A stretch of DNA of 7,525 nt from Octopus sinensis (lineage: Eukaryota), in assembly GCF_006345805.1 (NCBI RefSeq), contig NW_021828880.1, positions 1-7,525 on the forward strand, given 5' to 3'. Both the position numbers and the translations under genes were made by a program. The notes beneath the pieces were generated by a model. The model was given only the letters and a program-made list of their open reading frames with translations. It did not search any database and was not told where the DNA came from. Positions 1 through 6,454 of the stretch are shown in pieces. The first letter of the stretch is position 1; every line of letters begins with the position of its first letter.

Positions 1-64
1 ACATACACCTTTGATGAGTTGTAGTGCACCTGAGCACAATACACAATTTCATTACTATTACTAT
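1..64 (+). mobile_element. 3' end (UTR and tail) of a CR1-like LINE, running off the left edge of the window
   Basis: The reverse complement of 1-60 aligns to 425-482, the 3' UTR of the minus-strand CR1 copy. Both share the GTGCACCTGAGCAC stem-loop (GTGC/GCAC). This copy ends in an (ATTACT)-type tail related to the (ATT)n tail of the other. Confidence 0.7.
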
Positions 65-86
65 TTTTTTTTATATATATATATAT

Positions 87-142
87 CATCATCTGCATCA
101 TCATTGTTTAACATCAATCGTCCATGCATGCATGGGTAGGAT
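87..142 (-). mobile_element. Short degraded 3' tail of the RTE LINE family
   Basis: CATCATCTGCATCATCATTGTTTAACATCAATCGTCCATGCATGCATGGGTAGGAT aligns to 3385-3437 (CAT)6TTAGTGTCCGTTTTCCATGCTAGCATGGGTTGGAC. It abuts (AT)7 at 73-86. Confidence 0.65.
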
Positions 143-153
143 ATCATCAACAT

Positions 154-390
154 CATTTGGGCAAGTGTCTTCTGCTATAGCCCCGGGCCGACCAATGCCT
201 TGAGTGGATTTGGTAGACGGAAACTGAAAGAAGCCTGTCGTATATATGTATATATATATGTATGTGTGTGTGTGTTTGTGTGCCTGTGTTTGTCCCCCTA
301 GCATTGCTTGACAACCGATGGTGGTGTGTTTACGTCCCCCGTCACTTAGCGGTTCGGCAAAAGAGACTGATGGAATAAGTACTGGGCTTA
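154..390 (+). mobile_element. SINE family A, internal fragment lacking the tRNA head and the 3' end
   Basis: Near-identical to about 1601-1840 of the full-length copy, including the interrupted (TA)n(TG)n microsatellite. Confidence 0.9.
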
Positions 391-412
391 ATGCTCCACT
401 AGTATGGATATA

Positions 413-935
413 TAATAATAATAATAATAATGAAATTAATTGTATACAGTGCTCAGGTGCACCACAACTTGTCAGAAAGTGCATATAAAGTACATGCAGT
501 AATGTAGAAATGTCTGGAAAGCGAACAATGTATGAGTGTGTGTGTATGGAGGGGAGAAAATCAAGTGTAGTGTTGGCGAATCTCAGGAAGCATGGAAGTT
601 TTGAAGGATGCAGTGCTCCGACAACTAACAACTGATGCCGGCAGTTTGTTCCATGCTTCAGCAACCCTCAGCATGAAAAAATGTTTCCTAAAGTCATGGG
701 AGCTCTGCTGTTTTCTGACTTTGTAAACATGTCCACGGGTGTTAGATGGGTGGAGTTTGAAAAGATGCTCAGAGTTATTGTTTGTAAGATGGTTGATTAT
801 TTTATGGGTGTCTGCCAAGTCAGCTGCCAGATGTCGGAGCTTCAATGTGTCCATGCCCAGGGAAGTAAGGCATTCAGGATATGGCAAATGCCTGATGGAG
901 GGTATTCTTTTGGTTGCACATCGCTGAACAGATAT
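413..935 (-). mobile_element. 5'-truncated CR1-like LINE: ORF2 C-terminus, 3' UTR and (ATT)6 tail
   Basis: Minus-strand translation from 932 reads SVQRCATKRIPSIRHLPYPECLTSLGMDTLKLRHLAADL...TRGHVYKV...RKHFFMLRVAEAWNKLP. This matches the CR1/L2-group ORF2 C-terminal pattern (VQRRATK...Y.ERL..LGL..LE.RR...DL; TRGH..KL; RK.FF..RV...WN.LP). Stop codon at 561-563, about 150 nt of UTR, then (TAA)6 at 413-430 on the plus strand. Confidence 0.88.
561..932 (-). pseudogene. CR1-like LINE ORF2 C-terminal remnant
   Basis: Track ORF 561..887 extended upstream in frame to 932. There is no RT catalytic core and no authentic start; it is a 5'-truncated retrocopy. Confidence 0.85.
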
Positions 936-1079
936 GTCTCTACGAGTTAGAGCTTAAGCAAACATCTAAGGGATAGTAAATATCCCTTAGTAAATATACT
1001 ATTGGATGTATACCTATGTATTTATATCCAGGTGCTTACTATTGCAGGGCAATATTGCAATTGAACACTAGGTATGGGT

Positions 1080-1309
1080 GGCGAGCTGGCAGAAACGTTA
1101 GCACGCCGGGTGAAATTCGTAGCTGTATTTCGTCTGCCGTTACGTTCTGAGTTCAAATTCCGCCAAGGTCAACTTTGCCTTTCATCCATTCGGGGTCGAT
1201 AAATTAAGTACCAGTTACGCACTGGGGTCGATATAATCGACTTAATCCGTTTGTTTGTCCTCTCTGTGTTTAGCCCCTTGTGGATAGTAAAAAAAAAAAA
1301 AAAAAAAAA
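1080..1309 (+). mobile_element. SINE family B, tRNA-derived, full length, with A21 tail and 12-bp TSD
   Basis: A-box-like TGGCAGAAACG at 1087-1097 and B-box-like GAGTTCAAATTCC at 1149-1161. The central GCCTTTCATCCATTCGGGGTCGATAAATTAAGTACCAG resembles the conserved Meta-type SINE domain (from memory, unverified). Poly(A) at 1289-1309. TSD AGGTATGGGTGG at 1070-1081 and 1309-1320. Confidence 0.9.
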
Positions 1310-1527
1310 GGTATGGGTGGGGGTAAAGCAGAAATTTGCCCAGGATTTATAAAGCAAATAAGAAAATGGAGAAGATAAACAATCGACAAATATCAGCTCG
1401 TTAATATTTAATTATATCTATTTGTTAATTGATTACAATCATATGTATGAGTGATCCAAATAAATTAATGAAATAAGCATATATATAAATAAGTAAATAA
1501 ATAGATAAATAAGAATAAATGAGCATA

Positions 1528-1938
1528 GGCGCAGGAGTGGCTGTGTGGTAAGTAGCTTGTTTACAAACCGCATGGTTCCGGGTTCAGTCCCACTGCGTGG
1601 CATTTAGGCAAGTGTCTTCTGCTATAGTCCCGGGCCAACCAATGCCTTGTGAATGGATTTGGTAGACGGAAACTGAAAGAAGCCTGTCGTATATATGTAT
1701 ATATATATGTATGTGTGTGTGTGTGTGTTTGTGTGTCTGTGTTTGTCCCCCTAGCATTGCTTGACAACCGATGCTGGTGTGTTTACGTCCCCGTCACTTA
1801 GCGGTTCGGCAAAAGAGACCGATAGAATATGTACTGGGCTTACAAAGAATAAGTCCCGGGGTCGATTTGCTCGACTAAAGGCAGTGCTCCAGCATGGCTG
1901 CAGTCAAATGACTGAAATGAGTAAAAGAGTAAAAGAGT
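1528..1938 (+). mobile_element. SINE family A, full-length copy
   Basis: tRNA-like head GGCGCAGGAGTGGCTGTGTGG with A box at 1538-1548 and B-box-like GGTTCAGTCCC at 1581-1591. Internal (TA)n(TG)n tract at about 1690-1728. Ends in a repeated AAAAGAGT tail. Homologous segments occur five more times in the window. Confidence 0.9.
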
Positions 1939-1985
1939 ATACAAATACTTATCTGCCTCATATATATATATGTGTGTGTGTGTGT

Positions 1986-2264
1986 GGAGGCGCAATGGCC
2001 CAGTGGTTAGGGCAGCGGACTCGTGGTCGTAGGATCACGTTTTCGATTCCCAGACCTAAAGCTCAACAAGGCATCCAGCAGGGATGGGGGTGGGGCGATC
2101 CCTGCTGTACTCTTTCGCCACAACTTTCTCTCACTCTTTCTTCTGTTGGCCTGCTCGCTAAGCCTGTGGGGTGGCTTCATTCGAAGGCTAAAACAATGTG
2201 ATCGCATTGTGACCAGTGATGTGTAGCAACATGAGATAGCCTGGTCGGTCACGTGATCACATGA
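1986..2264 (+). mobile_element. SINE family C, tRNA-derived
   Basis: Head GGAGGCGCAATGGCCCAGTGGTTAGGGCAGCGGACTCG with A box at 1996-2006 and B-box-like GTTTTCGATTCCC at 2039-2051. Internal perfect 10-bp stem CAGCAGGGAT (2076-2085) / ATCCCTGCTG (2098-2107). Ends GGTCACGTGATCACATGA. Flanked by TA/TG microsatellite. The 3' boundary is approximate because this is the only copy in the window. Confidence 0.72.
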
Positions 2265-2270
2265 TATATA

Positions 2271-2537
2271 TCTTTATATATAAAAGTCAAGTTGTGTGTC
2301 TATCTCCTACGATTTAGATTCCTAACTACTCCCACATTTTGCGGTGCAGTTTAACCAAAACCAGGTATCTTATAGTCGTGATTCATATCGAGCCCTTCTG
2401 GGTATTAGCACGTGTCTACAATGAGTCTACGATTTTAAAAAAATTTACCATCAAGTTTTCCCATTTTTAATGCATTTTTGGCATATATAAGGGAAGTAAC
2501 TCTCTAAAAATTTATTATCAAATCTCAGAACGTAAAA
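2271..2537 (+). mobile_element. Non-autonomous Helitron, 5' part only
   Basis: Starts A^TCTTTATATATAAAAG, the canonical Helitron 5' TC after A. It is the reverse complement of about 5790-6058 (array unit 1). It lacks the hairpin/CTAG 3' end. Confidence 0.82.
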
Positions 2538-2663
2538 TCACAAGGCTTTGGTCGGCCCGAGGCTATAGTAAAAGACACTTGCCCAAGGTGCCACGCAGTG
2601 GGACTGAACCCAGAACCATGTGATTGGTAAACAAGCTACTTACCACACAGCCACTCCTGCGCC
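2538..2663 (-). mobile_element. SINE family A, 5' head fragment
   Basis: Reverse complement of about 1528-1653 (GGCGCAGGAGTGGCTGTGTGG...GCCTTGTGA). Truncated where the Helitron fragment ends. Confidence 0.9.
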
Positions 2664-2809
2664 TCTAATTGCACAGGTTACCCATCTTCAACTCTTCCTA
2701 CTGTTCAATCTATTTGGTTAGCGGTGCTTTTCCTATCATGCGTACCATTATGACTATTGCCGCAATGACCCATCCCGTGACTTATAGTATTTCAATTATA
2801 TCTACCATT

Positions 2810-2932
2810 CAAGAATTTTAATTGTTCTCTGTATCCTGCCTTCTCTACTGTGAAATTATAAATGTCCTCATTTGGTTAAAATACTTCCTCGTCTGCTGAG
2901 AGGTTAGTTAGTAATACGGGTAGGCTTTGGTG
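2810..2932 (-). pseudogene. Putative Penelope-like element RT C-terminal/linker remnant
   Basis: Minus-strand frame from 2932 reads HQSLPVLLTNLSADEEVF*PNEDIYNFTVEKAGYREQLKFL. This resembles the Penelope-like pattern I recall as LSNLSSNEEIFN....Y..AL.KSGY...L.Y. One in-frame stop at 2876-2878. Short match, not database-verified. Confidence 0.45.
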
Positions 2933-3220
2933 CTTTTACTCTTTTACTTGTTTCAGTCATTTGACTGCGGCCATGCTGGAGCACCGCCTTTTAGTCGAAC
3001 AAATCGACCCCCTCCCACCCCCACCCCACACCAGGACTTATCCTTTTGTAAGCCTAGTACTTATTCTGTCGGTCCCCTTCTTTTGCCGAACCGCTACGTT
3101 GTGTGGACGTAAGCATACCAGCATCGGTTGTGAAGCGATGGTTGGGATGGGGGGGAGGGACAAACACAAATGCACAAACATACACACACACACACATATA
3201 TATATGTATATATGTATATA
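2933..3220 (-). mobile_element. SINE family A, diverged 3' half ending at the TA/TG microsatellite
   Basis: Reverse complement of about 1690-1938 with more substitutions than the other copies and two G/C-tract expansions (3008-3032, 3144-3159). Confidence 0.85.
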
Positions 3221-3384
3221 GGAGTGGCTTTGTGGTAAGTAGCTTGCTAACCAACCACATGGTTCCGGGTTCAGTCCCACTGCGTGGCATCTTGGGCAAG
3301 TGTCTTCTGCTATAGCCCCGGGCCGACCAAAGCCTTGTGAGTGAATTTGGTAGACAGAAACTGAAAGAAGCCTGTCGTATATAT
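3220..3384 (+). mobile_element. SINE family A, 5' half of a copy split by the RTE insertion
   Basis: AGGAGTGGCTTTGTGG...GAAGCCTGTCGTATATAT matches about 1533-1696. It stops in the TA tract, directly at the RTE (CAT)6 tail. Confidence 0.9.
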
Positions 3385-3548
3385 CATCATCATCATCATC
3401 ATTTAGTGTCCGTTTTCCATGCTAGCATGGGTTGGACGGTTTAACTGGGGTCTGTGAATCCGGAAGACTTCATCAGGCCCAGTCTGATCTGGCAATGTTT
3501 CTACGGCTGGATGCCCTTCCTAATGCCAACCACTCTGTGAGTGTAGTG

Positions 3549-4217
3549 GGTGTTTTTTACGTGCCACCTGCACAGGTGCCAGACAGAGCTGGCACAACGG
3601 CCACGAACGGATGGTGCTTTTACGTGTCACCGGCACGCGGCCAGGCGATGCTGGCAACGGACACGAACGGATGGTGCTTTTACGTGCCACCGACACGGGG
3701 GCCAGCCGAGGCTGGCAATGAACACGAACGGATGGTGCATTTACGTGCCACCGACACGGGGCCAGACAAAGCTGGCAAACGGCCACGAACGGACGGTGCT
3801 TTTACGTGTCACCGGCACGGGGGCCAGCCGAGGCTGGCAACGGACACGAACAGATGGTGCTTTTTTGTGCCGACACGGGGCCACACAGGCTGGCAAACGG
3901 CCACGAACGGACGGTGCTTTTACGTGTCACCGGCACGGGGGCAATTGAGGCTGGCAACGAACACGAACGGATGGTGCTTTTACATGCCACCGACACAGGG
4001 CCAGACAGAGCTGGCAAACGGCCACGAACGGACGGTGCTTTTACGTGTCACCGGCACGGGGGCCAGCCGAGGCTGGCAACGAATATGAACGGATGGTGCT
4101 TTTACGTGCCACCAACATGGGGGCCAGACAGAGCTGGCAAACGGCCACGAGCGAATGGTGCTTTTACGTATCACCAACACGGGTGCCAGACGAGGCTGGC
4201 AGCGAACACGAACGGAT
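3549..4217. repeat. Tandem array of 11 units of 57-64 bp with A/B dimeric higher-order structure, in the RTE 3' UTR
   Basis: Units beginning GGTGCTTTTACGTG (unit 1 GGTGTTTTTTACGTG) start at 3549, 3613, 3673, 3734, 3795, 3856, 3913, 3973, 4034, 4095 and 4157. Confidence 0.95.
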
Positions 4218-4269
4218 GGGTCACTTAACCCCTGCTTTCTGATATATGATTTGATTTTGATTGTTCTCA

Positions 4270-5285
4270 CTAGTCTTGCCGGGTTCTCTCACGCACAGCA
4301 TACTACTTCCACAGGTCTCGGTCTCTGGTCATTTCCTTGGTGAGACCTAGAGTTCGAAGGTTGTGCTTCACCACCTCGACCCAGGTTTTCCTGGGTCTAC
4401 CTCTTCACAGGTCCCCTCAACTGCCAGGGTGTGGCACTTTTTCACACACCTATCTTCAGCCATTCTCATCACATGACCATACCGGCGCAATCGTCTCTCT
4501 TGCACACAACATCTGATGCCTCTTAGGTCCAACTTTTCTCTCAAGGTACTTACTCTGTCGACTATGAACACTGACATTACACATCAACGGAGCATACTAG
4601 CTTCATTTCTTGCGAGCTTACGTAAATCCTCAGCAGTCACAGCCCAAGTTTCACTACCATGTAGCATGGCTGTACATACACATGCATCATACAGTCTGCC
4701 TTTTACTTTGAGCGAGAGGCCTTTTGTCACCAGCAGGGGTAAGAGCTCTCTAAACTTTGCCCAGGCTATTCTTACTCTAGCAGTTACACTTTCAGCATAC
4801 CCGCCCCCGCTACTGACTTCGTCACCTAGGTAGCGGAAGCTATCAACTACTTCTAGTTTTTCTCCCTGAAACGTGATAGAAGTTGGTCTCTGCATATTTT
4901 CAGAGTTTATTGCTCCTGAGCATCTGCCACAGATAAAAACTATTTTCCTAGTTATCTTCCTTTGACATTACTACATCTCTTATGTGTCCATAGCTTACAT
5001 TGGTCATCTTATAGAGTTTCTACCTACGCCTTTTCTACAGATCAAGCAAGGCCATCTACCTGAAGGCGTTTGTGATTGGTCTACCTTCCTACTTATTAGG
5101 ACTTTGGTTTTGGCTAGGTTGATTCTAAGGCCCTTCGATTCTAAACCTTGCTTCCACACCTGAAACTTCTCCTCCAGTTCTGATAGAGACTCAGCAATTA
5201 GAGCAAGGTCATCAGCATAGAGGAGCTCCCAGGGGCATCCAGTCTTGAATTCCTCCGTTATTGCCTGGAGGACTATGATAAATAG
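4270..5285 (-). pseudogene. RTE ORF2 remnant (RT C-terminal half, PHD-like finger, C-terminal domain), frameshifted
   Basis: The open frame from 5285 reads LFIIVLQAITEEFKTGCPWELLYADDLALIAESLSELEEKFQVWKQGLESKGLRINLAKTKVL..., with YADD at 5208-5219. Track ORFs 4584..4895 and 4368..4577 are downstream pieces in the same frame. After a shift near 4407 it reads RGRPRKTWVEVVKHNLRTLGLTKEMTRDRDLW, with the likely natural stop at 4270-4272. Confidence 0.9.
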
Positions 5286-5287
5286 GA

Positions 5288-5515
5288 ATATATATATATA
5301 TGTGTGTATGTGTGTGTGTTTGTCCCCCTTGCATTGCTTGACAACCGATGCTGGTGTGTTTACGTCCCCGTCACTTAGCGGTTCGGCAAAAGAGACCGAT
5401 AGAATAAGTACTGGGCTTACAAAGAATAAGTCCCGGGGTCGATTTGCTCGACTAAAGGCGGTGCTCCAGCATGGCCGCAGTCAAATGACTGAAACAAGTA
5501 AAAGAGTAAAAGAGT
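5288..5515 (+). mobile_element. SINE family A, 3' half of the copy split by the RTE insertion
   Basis: Resumes in the (TA)n(TG)n tract where 3220-3384 stopped, and matches about 1700-1938 through the AAAAGAGT tail. Confidence 0.9.
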
Positions 5516-5662
5516 ATATATATATATATTTATAATCATTATAGATATAGGGTGAAAAATTATCAATTTAATAAAATCAACAAGTTTCACCTAGTAGTTT
5601 TTCGGTATGGAAAAGGACCATATTCGGTAAAAACTTATACAAAAAGTATTTTTTATATATAA

Positions 5663-6062
5663 CTGGCAGTATAGCCCGGCGTTGCTCGGGTTTGTAAGGG
5701 AAATAACTATATAAGCATTTTTAGAGATGTAAAGTATAATAGCCATCTCAATATGGCTAACCACAAAGGGGGCGGGTGTTACTGTAGCTTTTTACGTTCT
5801 GAGATTTAATAATAAATTTTTAGAGATTTACTTCCCTTATATATGCCAAAAATGCATTAAAAACGGGAAAAATTGATGGTAAATTTTTTTTTAAATCGTA
5901 GACTCATCGTAGACGCGCACTAATACCCAGAAGGGCTCGATATGAATCACGACTATAAGATACCCAGTTTTGGTTAAAATGCACCGCAAAATGTGGGAGT
6001 AGTTAGGAATCTAAATCGTAGCAGACAGACAGCACACAACCTTACTTTTATATATATATATA
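5663..6062 (-). mobile_element. Non-autonomous Helitron, array unit 1
   Basis: Minus-strand 3' end CCCGAGCAACGCCGGG hairpin (5675-5690), followed about 11 nt later by CCAG^T, a variant of CTAG. Contains an 88-bp module at 5728-5815. Confidence 0.82.
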
Positions 6063-6063
6063 A

Positions 6064-6454
6064 CTAGCAGTATCGCCCGGCGTTGCTCGGATTTGTAAGG
6101 GAAATAACTATACAGCATTTTTAGAGAGTTATAGCCAAAAAATAGCTAAAAAATGCATTAAAAATGGAAAAAATATGATGGTAAATTTTTTTTTAAATCG
6201 TTGACTCATCGTAGACATTTTTAGAGAGTTACGTCCCTTTAAAAAAATATGCATGAAAATGGAAAAAAATTATGGTAAATTATTTTTTAAGTCGTAGACT
6301 CATCGTAGACGCGCGCTAATACCCAGAAGGGCTCAATATGAATCATGACTATAAGATACCCGGTTTTGGTTAAACTGCGCCGCAAAATGTGGGAGTAGTT
6401 AGGAATCTAAATCGTAGGAGACAGACAGCACACAACCTCACTTTTATATATATA
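6064..6454 (-). mobile_element. Non-autonomous Helitron, array unit 2
   Basis: CTAG at 6064-6067 with subterminal hairpin. Internal duplication at 6117-6216 / 6217-6310. Confidence 0.85.

Larger units (their letters stand above)
3385..5287 (-). mobile_element. 5'-truncated RTE-clade LINE
   Basis: On the minus strand: RT (LLYADDLAL, INLAKTKVL, LEVVDSFRYLGD), then RTE-type C-terminal motifs (ARVRIAWAKFRELLPLL, KGRLYDAC..AMLHGSETW, RRLR.YGHVMRM, RGRPRKTW), 3' UTR with tandem array, terminal stem-loop and (GAT)6 tail. The 5' end breaks at 5287, just downstream of where RT motif 4 would lie. Confidence 0.92.

Noticed and set aside
101-664. 187-aa minus ORF, and similar ORFs at 1761..2201, 2961..3221, 3038..3299 and 5245..5535
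   Set aside because: They read through SINE copies and microsatellites (HTHT/YIYI runs) and cross element junctions, with no protein-family features.
1528-1600. tRNA genes at the SINE heads (also 1080-1165, 1986-2055, 2590-2663, 3220-3290)
   Set aside because: A and B boxes are present, but there is no complete cloverleaf or acceptor stem, and each head runs into a SINE body.
2933-3384. Twin-priming 5'-inverted SINE (inverted 3' half adjacent to a forward 5' half)
   Set aside because: The forward 5' half has its own matching 3' half at 5288-5515 on the other side of the RTE, and the inverted half is more diverged. Nesting of two copies explains the structure better.
3470-3476. CTGATGA hammerhead ribozyme core on the minus strand of the RTE 3' UTR
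   Set aside because: No stem II followed by GAAA and no stem III/UH arrangement can be built around it, so it is likely a chance 7-mer.
3549-4217. CRISPR-like array (regular period with palindromic units)
   Set aside because: The units are repeated along their whole length with no unique spacers, there are no cas genes, and the context is a eukaryotic LINE 3' UTR.
3432-4242. Long overlapping ORFs (218, 140, 132 aa and others) with repetitive peptides
   Set aside because: They are by-products of a stop-poor GC-rich tandem repeat. Unit lengths of 57-64 bp are mostly not multiples of three, so the peptides cycle through frames.
5545-5650. Unexplained AT-rich segment with an imperfect inverted repeat (TAGGGTGAAA...TTTCACCTA) and a vague hammerhead/Penelope-terminus look on the minus strand (CCGAATA-TGG...CCA-TACCGAAA)
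   Set aside because: The core deviates from CUGANGA and no stem III with a cleavage triplet forms. There is not enough support to call it, so it is left unclassified.
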